Positions 10,150 through 20,841 are shown, counted from the stretch's first letter. The stretch: DNA of 51,868 nt from Ferruginibacter sp. (GCA_046153805.1 JBJXGJ010000197.1:1-51868); one strand, 5' to 3'. Made by a program: numbers and translations. Notes: a model not told the origin generated them from the letters alone.

Positions 10150-10374
10150 TTGCAAATAGCAAAAGAATCACAATTAAATAAAGAGGCGGTCATTTTGCTC
10201 GTACGCAAAGCAGTTACTAACCGCAACGAAGGAAATTTAACGGACGCACTTAAATTTAATGAAAAGTCCATTAGCTATGCTGTAGTATCAAAAAGTGATT
10301 CAATAGAGATATTGTCCGAAATATCGCATCCTAATACTTTAATTCAAAAAGGTGAGAACCCTTGCTGCCAATAA
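10150..10374 (+). pseudogene. TPR-like gene fragment
   Basis: Helical-repeat-like stretch (AVTNRNEGNLTDALKFNEKSISYA), no good start. Confidence 0.3.
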
Positions 10375-10632
10375 TGCCATTTTTACTGCCTTTTCACCAT
10401 TCGCTGGAACATAAAGTAATAAGTTATTTAGTGAAGAATAAACCTATTCACATACCCGAAATTGCGTGGGGTATCCTAAAGTTGGTTAAGCTTATTTTAG
10501 GGAGAGAAATATTTGGAAAAGGTTAGATGAAACAGCGCCACAATGCTGATTTTTCTATGTTTATTTACCGCCTGTAAAATCTTATCGGTGTCTTTTACGA
10601 TAGGATATTACCTTTAGCAAACAAATATAACA

Positions 10633-11913
10633 ATGACCAACAAAGATTCACTTGCACTTTCGTGGAAAAATGTAAAAGGAAATAAATTACGCACATCAAT
10701 TACCATAATCATAATGGCACTTGGAATTTTTGCGCTCATTCTTATTATAACGGCGATAAAAGCCGCAAGCCTGGGGCTTACAAACAGTTTTTCTACTATG
10801 GGTGCTAATGCATTTGGCATACGATACAAAGACAGGGGGATTAGCTTTGGTGGCGGCAGAAAAAGCGTAACGCAAAAAACAAAAGCCGGCTTAAAAGAAA
10901 AAAAATCTAACAATGGTATCCCAATAAGTTACGACGAAGCCAAGGCTTTTAAACAGCGCTTTTCTTTTCCAGGTACAAAAGTGGGTATCGCATTGCGTGG
11001 CGCAAATAATATAGTTGTAAACTCTGCATCAAAAAAAACAAACCCCGACGTAAATGTTACGGGAGGCGATGAAAATTATTTAGAACTGAATGGGTTTGAA
11101 ATAGCTTATGGAAGAAATTTTACTGCAACAGAAGTTGATGCAGGACGAAATGTATGTATGATTGGTAGCGGTGTGGCGCAAAAACTTTTTCCTGATAATA
11201 GTGCAAAAGCGGTAGATGCGGTGGTAAATGTAGATCACATTCCATATAGAATCATTGCAGTGCTCGAAGAAAAAACAAGCAGTGCATTTTTTAATACAAG
11301 CCGGATTGTAATTACCACCGTAAACAATATTCGCAGGCAATATGCCACACAAACTTCGTCTTATACAGTTGCAGTAATGGTTACAGATTTAAAACTGATG
11401 GATATGGCTGTAGGCGAGGCTACGGCTACATTCAGGCCAATAAGAAATCTGGAAGTTACTGATGATGAGAATTTTTTTATTGATAAAAGTGACAGCATTG
11501 CGCAATCACTTCTCACCAACCTTGGCTTTTTAGAAAAAGGTACCATAGGCATTGCATTTATTACATTGATTGGCGCAGCAATAGGCCTTATGAATATTAT
11601 GCTGGTAGCAGTAAATGAGCGCACAAAAGAAATTGGCCTTACCAAAGCCTTGGGAGCAACCCGAAAAGATATACGATCTCAATTCTTATTTGAGAGTGTT
11701 ATAATAAGCTTACTTGGCGCATTTGCAGGAATTATAATGGGAATACTGATTGGTAATTTGGTGGCAGTATTTTTAAAAACAGGTTTTGTTGTGCCGTGGC
11801 TGTGGGTAGGAATAGCTGTTGTTGTTTGTACCGCCGTAGGCTTGCTTGCAGGAATAATACCTGCCGTAAAAGCAAGTAAGCTTGATCCTATCGTGGCACT
11901 TCGCTATGAATAA
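10633..11913 (+). CDS. ABC transporter permease, MacB/FtsX family
   Basis: NKLRTSIT, periplasmic core, IGLMNIMLVAVNERTKEIG..KALGA, ASKLDPIVALRYE. Confidence 0.93.
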   Translation: MTNKDSLALSWKNVKGNKLRTSITIIIMALGIFALILIITAIKAASLGLTNSFSTMGANAFGIRYKDRGISFGGGRKSVTQKTKAGLKEKKSNNGIPISYDEAKAFKQRFSFPGTKVGIALRGANNIVVNSASKKTNPDVNVTGGDENYLELNGFEIAYGRNFTATEVDAGRNVCMIGSGVAQKLFPDNSAKAVDAVVNVDHIPYRIIAVLEEKTSSAFFNTSRIVITTVNNIRRQYATQTSSYTVAVMVTDLKLMDMAVGEATATFRPIRNLEVTDDENFFIDKSDSIAQSLLTNLGFLEKGTIGIAFITLIGAAIGLMNIMLVAVNERTKEIGLTKALGATRKDIRSQFLFESVIISLLGAFAGIIMGILIGNLVAVFLKTGFVVPWLWVGIAVVVCTAVGLLAGIIPAVKASKLDPIVALRYE

Positions 11914-12284
11914 ACCTCGTGCTTACGAGAAAAATAATGATAAGTTTTTGATTTGGATACTTTAATCTATCACCACACTGCTGGTTCTACATTGTTCTAC
12001 ATTGTCTAATTAATGCTTTCTTTAGCTTATCCTCTCAGCATAGGCTTATTTGATACAATTAAAATAACCCATTTGTTGTTAAGATAAATTGTTGATAATT
12101 ATTTAAGAAAGAAAAATAATTTATTTCGGATAAAATAAAATATTTTTATTCCGTAGAAATACTTTCAATTATTTTATTAACTTGTGCGTTCCGATAGCAT
12201 CGGAGAGTACTTTTTTAAAGTACCTTGATTACTTTTTTATTTTTATTTTATCATTTAATTATCACTTTCAAAAACTTGAATTTT

Positions 12285-13142
12285 ATGGCAGACGTTAGAC
12301 CAACTGCAACAGTAAAACCGGTAACATCCGTACAAGCAAAAAAATCAAATAATTCTATTTCGTGGCTTGCGCCATTGCTTTGCATCGTAGCAGGGTATTT
12401 AATTTGGAGATTTGGCCTAGGCGCTGCATCCAACTTTACAAAACCGGGTACAGGTCTTTTTTGGCCAAGCCATGTAGGTCCCACATCTGCTTTGGCAAAA
12501 ATGTACGAAGGTGGTATTATTGTGCCTATCCTTATCGGTTGCTTATTAACGGTTCTTGTATTTGTAATTGAGCGTTTTCTTACAATTTCAAAAGCAGCTG
12601 GTTCATCAAGCAATGCAGATTTTATTCGTAAAGTACAATATCATCTTGCAAATAAAAATGTAGATGCTGCCTTAACAGAATGCGATAAGCAAAAAGGAAG
12701 TGTTGGTAATGTAATGAAAGCTGGTCTTCATCGTTACAAAGAAATGATCAACAACAGTGAACTGAATACTGATCAAAAAGTAATCGCAATACAAAAAGAA
12801 GTAGAAGAAGCTACTTCACTTGAATTACCAATGCTTGAAAAAAATCTTGTGTTTTTATCAACGATAGCTTCTGTAGCTACGTTAATAGGATTGCTGGGTA
12901 CGGTAATTGGAATGATTCGTTCTTTCTCTGCATTGGGTGAAGGAAGTGGCGGTAGTGGTGCTGCAAACTCATTATCCCAAGGTATCTCTGAGGCTTTATA
13001 TAATACTGCATTAGGTATTGGAACATCTGCTTTGGCTATTATTTTCTATAATATGTTTACAACCAAGATAGATGGCATCACTTACGGTATTGACGAGTCT
13101 GGCTTTACATTAACGCAATCTTTTGCATCTCTATACAAATAG
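12285..13142 (+). CDS. exbB: MotA/TolQ/ExbB proton channel protein
   Basis: LSTIASVATLIGLLGTVIGMIRSF, GISEALYNTALG; ATG 12285 preferred over TTG 12225. Confidence 0.9.
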   Translation: MADVRPTATVKPVTSVQAKKSNNSISWLAPLLCIVAGYLIWRFGLGAASNFTKPGTGLFWPSHVGPTSALAKMYEGGIIVPILIGCLLTVLVFVIERFLTISKAAGSSSNADFIRKVQYHLANKNVDAALTECDKQKGSVGNVMKAGLHRYKEMINNSELNTDQKVIAIQKEVEEATSLELPMLEKNLVFLSTIASVATLIGLLGTVIGMIRSFSALGEGSGGSGAANSLSQGISEALYNTALGIGTSALAIIFYNMFTTKIDGITYGIDESGFTLTQSFASLYK

Positions 13143-13281
13143 TTGTATGGAAAATTGCAAGGCCTGCATCTAAATAATGTAATTCGTATAACATTGCTTT
13201 TTTTAAAAAGGCGTATTCGGAATTATCTTTTGCAGGTTGATTTGAGTAAATGTTTTAAAAGAATAAATAAAATTTTTATAA

Positions 13282-13941
13282 ATGCCAAAAGTTAAAATAC
13301 CAAGAAAAAGCACTACCGTAGATATGACGGCTATGTGCGATGTGGCGTTTCTTTTGTTGTCGTTTTTTATATTGGCAACAAAGCAAAAACCGCCCGAAGT
13401 TTTAGCGGTGGATATTCCCGGTTCTGTATCGAGTAAAGTAGCACCCGATAAAGCGATTGTTATAACGCTTATTAAAGATGGCCGTACTTTTTTAATGCTG
13501 GGCGACGATACAAAAAAGGCTGACATTCTCGCCAATGTAAATCTAACAAAAGGGTTGGGTTTATCTCCTGCAGAATTACAGAAATGGACAAAGCAGGAAT
13601 TTATCGGACAACCGTTTAATCAGATTAAAAGCGGACTCGCGCAAGTTGCTGCATTAGACCCTGCAAGATTACCAGGTATACCTACAGATAGTACCAACAA
13701 TGAGATGGTTGACTGGATAAGGAGTGTAAGCAATGTTTACGCGGGAGGTGATTTGAGAGCACTACAAGAAATGCTTTTAGTAAAAGGTGATAATGAAGCA
13801 TTTTACCCTGCGTTTAAGAGCATAAAGGACGCGTTTAAGAAGAATGAGATATTTAAGTTTAGAATTGTTACCAATGGTGAAGCTCCACCTTCAGGTTCTG
13901 AACTTGCAAATGCACCCAAGGCAGAGGCAGCAACTAATTAA
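13282..13941 (+). CDS. exbD: ExbD/TolR family protein
   Basis: DMTAMCDVAFLLLSFFIL transmembrane motif. Confidence 0.88.
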   Translation: MPKVKIPRKSTTVDMTAMCDVAFLLLSFFILATKQKPPEVLAVDIPGSVSSKVAPDKAIVITLIKDGRTFLMLGDDTKKADILANVNLTKGLGLSPAELQKWTKQEFIGQPFNQIKSGLAQVAALDPARLPGIPTDSTNNEMVDWIRSVSNVYAGGDLRALQEMLLVKGDNEAFYPAFKSIKDAFKKNEIFKFRIVTNGEAPPSGSELANAPKAEAATN

Positions 13942-13964
13942 CTAAAAAGTAAAAAATTACCCAT

Positions 13965-14513
13965 ATGGCAGAAATGGATACCTCGTCGGGTGGCGGACAT
14001 AAAAAAGGACCTGGCGTAAAAAAAGCAGTAAAAAAATCGACAAGAGTAGATCTTACTCCAATGGTAGATCTTGGCTTTTTGCTCATTACTTTCTTTGTAT
14101 TTACTACAACTATGAGCCAGTCAACAGCCATGAATATGAATGAACCCAAAGATAGTAACGAGGATCAGAAAAAAGTAAAGGAATCAGGCGCTATGACTAT
14201 TCTATTGGGCAGAGCAGATCAGGTTTATTACTACTTTGGCCAACTAGACCCGCTTAAAATATCTGAGCAATTTAAGAGTACAACTTTTAAAGCTATCAGA
14301 GAGATTATAGTTACAAAAAAGAAAGGTACACCTATAGATGATTTAATGTACATTATAAAGTCAGACGACAAATCCACTTTTAAAAATGCCATTAATATAT
14401 TGGATGAGATGACGATAAGTGGGGTACCTCCAGGTCACTATGCAGAAGATAAAATATCTGATACTGAGCAGAGGCTCATTGCAGCTACAGAAGTTGCAAA
14501 CGGTATCAAATAG
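13965..14513 (+). CDS. exbD: ExbD/TolR family protein (second copy)
   Basis: RVDLTPMVDLGFLLITFFVFTTT. Confidence 0.88.
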   Translation: MAEMDTSSGGGHKKGPGVKKAVKKSTRVDLTPMVDLGFLLITFFVFTTTMSQSTAMNMNEPKDSNEDQKKVKESGAMTILLGRADQVYYYFGQLDPLKISEQFKSTTFKAIREIIVTKKKGTPIDDLMYIIKSDDKSTFKNAINILDEMTISGVPPGHYAEDKISDTEQRLIAATEVANGIK

Positions 14514-14562
14514 TTTATGGAATCTGTTTATTTTAGTATCTAATACAAAAAACAAGTTCGAA

Positions 14563-15396
14563 ATGGAACCAAATAAAATTTTAAACGCAGATATTCTCGA
14601 TATCCTTTTTGAGGGTAAGAATAAAGCTTACGGAGCCTATCAATTAAGAAAGACCTACAATTCACGCATAGTGAAAGCTATGGTTGCAGTGGGACTTTTA
14701 TTACTTGTTGTAGTTGGTGGTACTATATTGGCAAATATCATTGGTGAAAGATCCTCCAAAGATGAGTTGACGGTTATTGATACCCAGATGGCAGAGGTAA
14801 AGAAGGACGAACCGCCACCACCTCCACCGCCGCCACCACCTCCAACACCGCCCCCACCTCCTGAGATTAAACAAATACAGTTTACGCCTCCAAAAATTGT
14901 AAAAGATGAAGAGGTAAAGCCTGATGAAAAAATTGAGGAGATTAAAGATGATGCGGTAATTAGTACAAAAACTGTAGAGTCTGATAATACGAAGCAAGTT
15001 GTACAAGCGCCTGTGGAAGACAAGGGGACGCAGGTGGTTGAAGTACCGACAAAAGCGGTTGCAGAGGATGAAATTTTTACTAAAGTGGAAATTGAAGCTG
15101 CATATCCTGGGGGTGCAGGTGCTTGGAGAAAGTTTCTTGAGAGAAATTTAAATGGTGGTGTCGCAAATGACAACAGCGCACCAGCAGGTACTTATACAGT
15201 TGTTGTAAGGTTTATCGTCGCAAAAGACGGGAGTGTAAGTGAAATTACACCAGAAACAAGCGTTGGGTACGGTATGGAACAGGAAGCAGTTAGAGCAATC
15301 AAAAAAGCACCAAAATGGACACCTGCTCAGCAAAACGGTAATATTGTAAAAGCCTACCGCCGCCAGCCCATTACTTTTGTAGTTGCTGATGAATAA
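14563..15396 (+). CDS. tonB: Energy transducer TonB
   Basis: DILFEGKNKAYGAYQLRK, TM anchor, poly-Pro tract, C-terminal YPGG...FIVAKDG...KWTPA domain; ATG 14563. Confidence 0.9.
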   Translation: MEPNKILNADILDILFEGKNKAYGAYQLRKTYNSRIVKAMVAVGLLLLVVVGGTILANIIGERSSKDELTVIDTQMAEVKKDEPPPPPPPPPPPTPPPPPEIKQIQFTPPKIVKDEEVKPDEKIEEIKDDAVISTKTVESDNTKQVVQAPVEDKGTQVVEVPTKAVAEDEIFTKVEIEAAYPGGAGAWRKFLERNLNGGVANDNSAPAGTYTVVVRFIVAKDGSVSEITPETSVGYGMEQEAVRAIKKAPKWTPAQQNGNIVKAYRRQPITFVVADE

Positions 15397-15424
15397 ATTA
15401 TATATTAAGTTATAAGTTTAGTTG

Positions 15425-15451
15425 AAGCCCCGAAATATTTCGGGGCTTTTT
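15425..15451 (+). terminator. Rho-independent terminator after tonB
   Basis: aagccccgaaa-ta-tttcggggctt followed by T run. Confidence 0.85.
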
Positions 15452-15701
15452 CGTTTTGAAAAACTGTATTGCGTGGTGTCGGTTTTTATGAATTAAATTT
15501 ATCTTAAGTGTCTTTGCGTCTATCATCTGAATGTTGATAAAGTTTGACGATGTTTTGTGGAAATGATTATTATAGTCATCTTAATACTAAGACATCTTTT
15601 GTTTCCCATTTTTACGAACTATCTATTAAAACGTTCGGTATTTCTCTGGCGGGAAAAGATGTCGAAACTCAATTTTTCATTTCGGCATAAAACTTTTTAT
15701 T

Positions 15702-16193
15702 ATGGCAGAAATCCTCAACAACAAGCAGAAAAATGGCAAAAGATGTATTAAAAAAAGTACAAGGGTAGATCTTACACCCATGGTAGATCTTGGCTTTTTA
15801 CTCATAACATTCTTTGTATTTACAACGACGATGAGCACTACCACTGCAATGGGTATTGTTACGCCAAAAGGGACAGAAACAGCTGATGATGTTTGCGAAA
15901 GCTGTGTAATAACACTTATACCTACGGCAAATAACAAACTGTATTATTATGAAGGTAAAGACAATGCTGGTCCATACAAAATGACAGATTATTCAGCAAG
16001 TGGCTTGCGGACGTTATTAGTAAATAAAAAAAGACAGGTTCTGGCACTTAATCGTGAACCAGTTTTAATTATAAAACCAAGTGCAACATCTACTTTTAAA
16101 AATCTTATCAATATTATTGACGAGAGCAATATTTGCATGTACAAAAGATATTACCTTGATAAACTTTCGGCGGTGGAAAAAGTAAAGTTCTAG
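15702..16193 (+). CDS. exbD: ExbD/TolR family protein (third copy)
   Basis: Same KKSTRVDLTPMVDLGFLLITFFVFTTTMS motif as 13965 ORF. Confidence 0.82.
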   Translation: MAEILNNKQKNGKRCIKKSTRVDLTPMVDLGFLLITFFVFTTTMSTTTAMGIVTPKGTETADDVCESCVITLIPTANNKLYYYEGKDNAGPYKMTDYSASGLRTLLVNKKRQVLALNREPVLIIKPSATSTFKNLINIIDESNICMYKRYYLDKLSAVEKVKF

Positions 16194-16195
16194 GC

Positions 16196-16350
16196 ATGTT
16201 TGAAGTGTCTTTGGTTATTGCTATTTCTGCCTGTTTTTTATTGATAGAAAAAATGACGATTCACCTGCAGGATCCGTTTGAGAATAAGCTAACAGTTACG
16301 CCAATGACGGCGATTGCGCGAACAATAGAAAATAATTTAACACAACTGTA
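16196..16350 (+). pseudogene. Frameshifted C-terminal remnant of a bestrophin-family channel
   Basis: Manual translation FLLIEKMTIHLQDPFENK / PMTAIARTIENNL resembles the bacterial bestrophin DPF...IARTIE tail. Confidence 0.5.
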
Positions 16351-16610
16351 ACTGTTAAGGTCTGAAAAACATGAAAGACAGCCCTTCTCAATTTTCGAAA
16401 ATTACATTGAAAAGGAAATTACGTTTGATACACTTGATACATCCGTAAAATCCAGAAAAAATTGCGATGTCAAAAAAAGCCTAAAGAAATTAAAAGAGAG
16501 GATTATTATGTGATGCAAATATTTTGTCTGGGTTTAACAACAGTGTTTTACTAATCACTTACTATTAAAACAGCTAAATAATAGGTTTTAGCTTTACGTA
16601 ACTTTACCCG

Positions 16611-17984
16611 ATGATGAACAAATTATCTGGTTGGAGCGATACGATAATAGCGTTGGCTACTGCACCTGGTCTGGGTGCAATTGCCGTTTTAAGAATATCG
16701 GGGACCAAAGCCTTTGAAATTATAAATGGCTTATTTGCTTCCAAAAATCTACTAACCCAAGCCACGCATACCCTGCATGTAGGTATGCTGAAAGACGGTG
16801 AAAAATTAATTGATGAAGTTGTACTTGCTTTGTTTAAAGGCCCAAAAAGTTTTACAGGAGAAGATACGATTGAAATAAGTTGCCACGGCAGTACCTATGT
16901 GCAACAACAAATTTTGGAAGTCTGCATAGCAAGAGGAGCAAGGCTTGCAAGAGCAGGAGAGTTTACACAACGGGCTTTTTTAAATGGTAAGATAGACCTA
17001 GCGCAGGCAGAAGCCGTAGCGGATATTATTGCTGCAAATACAGAAGCATCGCAAAAAGCTGCGTTGTATAATATACGTGGTGGCTTTTCGCACGAGCTCT
17101 CAAACATGCGGGAGCAACTCATTGGTTTTTCTGCACTCATTGAGTTAGAACTAGATTTTGCCACAGAAGATGTTGAGTTTGCAGACAGAGAAAAGTTTTA
17201 TGGTCTTATACATGAATTGAGCGTTGCCGTTAATAGATTAATAGAATCATTTGCATTGGGCAACGCAATAAAGAACGGCCTAAGCGTGGCAATTATTGGC
17301 AAACCAAATGCCGGTAAATCTACCCTGCTAAATATTTTATTGAATGAAGAACGAGCCATTGTAAGCGATATTGCCGGCACTACAAGAGATACCATTGAAG
17401 AAATAGTAAACATTGAAGGTATCTTATTTCGGCTGATAGACACCGCAGGTATAAGAGAAAATTCAACAAATATTATTGAAAATTTTGGCATAGAAAAAAG
17501 CCTTGGTAAAATGCGGAGTGCAGATATTGTGTTATATATTTTTGATGTAATTACTGAAAGTGTCGAAGAATTAAAAACACAAATAAGTCTTTTCGAAAAC
17601 GAAAATATCAGATACTTATTAGTAGGAAACAAATTTGATAAAGGATTTGGAGAGAATAAATTCTCCCAAAAAGATATTCAATATATTTCTGCAAAGAAAA
17701 ATGAAGGGATAAATGCCCTTAAAAAAGCATTGTTCAATGCTACCGTTCATGCTGATGCAAATGCAGAAAATAGCATTGTTACCAACGCCAGGCATCTCTC
17801 ATCCCTTAAAGATATAGCCACATCTCTTCAAGAAATAAAGAAAGGTTTAGATGCCAATATTTCTGGTGATTTATTATCATCAGAAATTCGTGCAGCATTG
17901 TACCATTTAGGAGAAATAACAGGAGAGGTTACCAATGAAGATAAGTTGGATTTTATTTTTTCTAAATTCTGTATTGGAAAGTAA
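16611..17984 (+). CDS. mnmE: tRNA modification GTPase MnmE (TrmE)
   Basis: DTIIALATAPG, SFTGED..EISCHG, GEFTQRAFLNGK, GKPNAGKS, DTAG, NKFD, terminal FSKFCIGK. Confidence 0.98.
   Translation: MMNKLSGWSDTIIALATAPGLGAIAVLRISGTKAFEIINGLFASKNLLTQATHTLHVGMLKDGEKLIDEVVLALFKGPKSFTGEDTIEISCHGSTYVQQQILEVCIARGARLARAGEFTQRAFLNGKIDLAQAEAVADIIAANTEASQKAALYNIRGGFSHELSNMREQLIGFSALIELELDFATEDVEFADREKFYGLIHELSVAVNRLIESFALGNAIKNGLSVAIIGKPNAGKSTLLNILLNEERAIVSDIAGTTRDTIEEIVNIEGILFRLIDTAGIRENSTNIIENFGIEKSLGKMRSADIVLYIFDVITESVEELKTQISLFENENIRYLLVGNKFDKGFGENKFSQKDIQYISAKKNEGINALKKALFNATVHADANAENSIVTNARHLSSLKDIATSLQEIKKGLDANISGDLLSSEIRAALYHLGEITGEVTNEDKLDFIFSKFCIGK
17967..17984 (+). repeat. attL core, 18-bp direct repeat (last 18 nt of mnmE)
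   Basis: TTCTGTATTGGAAAGTAA identical to 48250-48267. Confidence 0.93.
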
Positions 17985-18050
17985 TTATTCTTCCTTTGTT
18001 TCCTAAGTGCTTGTTATTGTTGACTTTCAGCGTTATTTTCTTTCTCTTAT

Positions 18051-18203
18051 TTGTTGCCAAACTACTCTTTTTTACTTATATTTGTTGTCTAATTGTTGCC
18101 CTGATTTGTTGCCCTATATGTTTGGCAACAAAAATTCAGTAAATGGTGAAAGGATGCTACACATAGCTACACCCTGCAACAGTTGGCAACAAATAGCAAC
18201 AAC
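18051..18203. repeat. Cluster of TTGTTGCC repeats (putative integrase arm-binding sites, attL side)
   Basis: Copies at 18051, 18081 (variant), 18093, 18106; inverted GGCAACAA at 18124 and 18185. Confidence 0.7.
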
Positions 18204-18551
18204 ATGAGTAGTAACATTCGCTTAGAAAAAACCTGCCAGCATTGCAGTAAAAACTTCATCGCCAAGACGACAGTAACACAGTATTGTTCTGATAACTGTG
18301 CTAAGAGAGCATACAAAGACCGCCTACGGTCAAAGAAAATTGAAGTAGCCATACAGAAAGAGTTTGAGCAAAAGCCATTCAACCCAATTGTAAATCAAAA
18401 GGAGTTTTTAAGTGTCAAAGAAACTTGCCAGTTAATCGGGGCAAGCAGATGGACCATTTACAGGCTGATTGACGGAGGCAACTTAAAGGCTTCAAAATTG
18501 GGTAGCCGTACCATCATTGCAAGAACAGAAATCAATAACCTTTTTAAATAA
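18204..18551 (+). CDS. Excisionase-family HTH protein with N-terminal Cys4 motif
   Basis: CQHC...YCSDNC then FLSVKETCQLIGASRWTIYRLI winged HTH; directly upstream of integrase; ATG 18204. Confidence 0.85.
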   Translation: MSSNIRLEKTCQHCSKNFIAKTTVTQYCSDNCAKRAYKDRLRSKKIEVAIQKEFEQKPFNPIVNQKEFLSVKETCQLIGASRWTIYRLIDGGNLKASKLGSRTIIARTEINNLFK

Positions 18552-18559
18552 CTGAAAGA

Positions 18560-19666
18560 ATGAAAGTAACACTCCGCCAAAGGTTGAAGGGTGATAAAAT
18601 CACTTTATACCTTGACTACTACCATCAGGGCAAACGCAACTACGAGCATTTGCAATTAGTGCTGATACCGGAACCTGAAAAGGGCAAGCTAACTAAAGAA
18701 CAGAAAGAGGAGAACCGAAAGAACTTATCACTTGCCGAAGCTATCCGCAGCAAAAGGCATTTGGAATTACAGAATGGTATTTATGGTTTTCAAGACCAGG
18801 GTAAAATGAAAGGCAGTTTTCTACGCTACTTTGAATACCTCACAGAAGCAAGGAAAGAAAGCGAAGGCAATTACGGCAATTGGGATAGTGTGTTGAAACA
18901 TTTGAAAAAGTATTGCAAGCATGATATTACTTTTTCCCAAGTTGATAAAGCATGGTTGGAAGGCTTTAAAGAATACCTCATGAAGCAAGCCCGTAAGCCA
19001 GATAATAACACGTTGTCTCAAAACTCACAAAGTTCCTATTTCAATAAAATAAGGGCTGCATTAAAACAGGCTTTGAAAGATGAAATTATACAGCGTAACC
19101 CTGCCGATACCATTGAAGGAATAAAGCCCGGTGAACCTGAAAGAGAATTTTTGACACAAGAGGAATTACAGGCAATGGCTAAAGCTGAATGTGATATACC
19201 CCAAATGAAAACAGCTTTTCTATTCAGTGCTTTAACTGGTTTACGTTGGAGTGATATTCAAAAATTATCATGGGCTGAAATGCAATACTCTGATGAAATA
19301 GGGCATTACATACGGTACACACAAAAGAAAACAAAAGGCTCTGAAACATTGCCAATATCAGAACAGGCTTTTGGTTTCTTAGGCGACAGAGGCGAACCAA
19401 ACGAAAAAGTTTTTATAGGCTTAAAATATTCGGCATGGCACAACCTGCGGTTGCAGCAATGGGCAATGAGGGCGGGTATAAGCAAAACAGTTACGTTCCA
19501 CTGTGCAAGGCACACCTACGCCACATTACAATTAACTTTAGGTAGTGATATTTACACAGTATCAAAAATGTTGGGGCATAAGCATTTAAAAACAACAGAG
19601 ATTTATGCAAAGGTGATAGACCATAAAAAGAAAGAAGCTGCAAACAGAATTAAAATTGATTTATAG
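18560..19666 (+). CDS. Site-specific tyrosine integrase
   Basis: N-terminal arm-binding region (LYLDYY), catalytic TGLRWSD, FHCARHTYAT, LGH, TTEIYAK. Confidence 0.96.
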   Translation: MKVTLRQRLKGDKITLYLDYYHQGKRNYEHLQLVLIPEPEKGKLTKEQKEENRKNLSLAEAIRSKRHLELQNGIYGFQDQGKMKGSFLRYFEYLTEARKESEGNYGNWDSVLKHLKKYCKHDITFSQVDKAWLEGFKEYLMKQARKPDNNTLSQNSQSSYFNKIRAALKQALKDEIIQRNPADTIEGIKPGEPEREFLTQEELQAMAKAECDIPQMKTAFLFSALTGLRWSDIQKLSWAEMQYSDEIGHYIRYTQKKTKGSETLPISEQAFGFLGDRGEPNEKVFIGLKYSAWHNLRLQQWAMRAGISKTVTFHCARHTYATLQLTLGSDIYTVSKMLGHKHLKTTEIYAKVIDHKKKEAANRIKIDL

Positions 19667-19668
19667 AA

Positions 19669-20736
19669 ATGGAAGTAAAAATATTAGATAGCATCATTCA
19701 TGGATTTTTAAAACCGTGGAAACTTGATACCACCAACACAAGTCGGTTCACTGAATTGGTGAAAGCTGCAAAAGCAGTTTCACTTAATACCAATGCAGCG
19801 TTGCTTTCGCAACTCACAGCATTGCTGGCAGATTATCCAACCGAGCAAAAAATTTTGACTGATGAAACTACTATCGACACAACATTGCAGCCACTTTTAT
19901 GCAAAATAGATTTACCAAAGTATAAAGATGCAGTTACTCACTTTTATTATTTTATAATCACCGGGGAAACACTTCGTGTTTTCAATGCAGTGTTGCAGCA
20001 AGCTGCAAACTGGACAGAATTAGTTGATATTCGCTATCAGGTTGGCAAGACCCTTACCAACACAAGAGTATTAGCAAAGCAGGTTTCAATAGAATTAAAT
20101 GAACAGGGCTTTACAGGCATTCCTGATGCACAAAGCAGTTTTGTTCACTTCGCTTTGTATTACTTAAAACACAGCCTTATTCAGCTTTATTTTAGCGTAC
20201 AGGAACAATTCAAAGCCAGCTTATCACAAGTAACAACCCTTGAAGATTTTTACTTACTGGATTTGGAAGAACCTGAAACAAACATTGTGCAACTACAATT
20301 CATTGAACAAGCAGTAACAGAAGAAAAGGGAAGTAGCGAATACAGCGGCAACCAAGACACAATTTCCTTTGGCTTTAAAGACGATGTTACTAAGCTCACA
20401 ACGGTAGTAAATCAATTGTGCCATCAAATAGAATTGCTTAATGAAGATGTTTGTAATGCTGATGATTTAATAAAGGCATTCACAGCAAAGAATCTATTGC
20501 CGGGTGCAGTGAAAATTCAGTTAGGTTGTGAAACAAAGCACTTTCGTTATTGCATTGATAAATTTATGCCATACTTCAATAACCTCACTTTAGCCAACAT
20601 TGAAAAATCAAAAATCTTCTATTCTAAAAAGGATACTCTTTTAAAGGCTAATAATCTTTCCGCAAGTAGTTCAAAAAATAAAATTGAACCAAAGGAGAGT
20701 GCAAACATTGACAAGATTTTCAAACAACTGCAATAA
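19669..20736 (+). CDS. Hypothetical protein closely linked to integrase
   Basis: 355-aa ORF starting 2 bp after integrase stop; no motif recognised. Confidence 0.8.
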   Translation: MEVKILDSIIHGFLKPWKLDTTNTSRFTELVKAAKAVSLNTNAALLSQLTALLADYPTEQKILTDETTIDTTLQPLLCKIDLPKYKDAVTHFYYFIITGETLRVFNAVLQQAANWTELVDIRYQVGKTLTNTRVLAKQVSIELNEQGFTGIPDAQSSFVHFALYYLKHSLIQLYFSVQEQFKASLSQVTTLEDFYLLDLEEPETNIVQLQFIEQAVTEEKGSSEYSGNQDTISFGFKDDVTKLTTVVNQLCHQIELLNEDVCNADDLIKAFTAKNLLPGAVKIQLGCETKHFRYCIDKFMPYFNNLTLANIEKSKIFYSKKDTLLKANNLSASSSKNKIEPKESANIDKIFKQLQ

Positions 20737-20841
20737 AAAACATTCAGATTGTTCAGTAATGTGAGTAAGGGATTAACCCCTTAACCTTTACCCCTCAAGC
20801 ATTTGAGAGGTTTGTGCCATCATTCATAAAAATAAAAAAAG

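Noticed and set aside
11984-12005. Short tandem duplication gttctacatt x2
   Set aside because: Two copies of 10 bp with no further context; not informative
14655-15173. Minus-strand 172-aa Gly-rich ORF
   Set aside because: Antisense shadow of the TonB poly-proline tract
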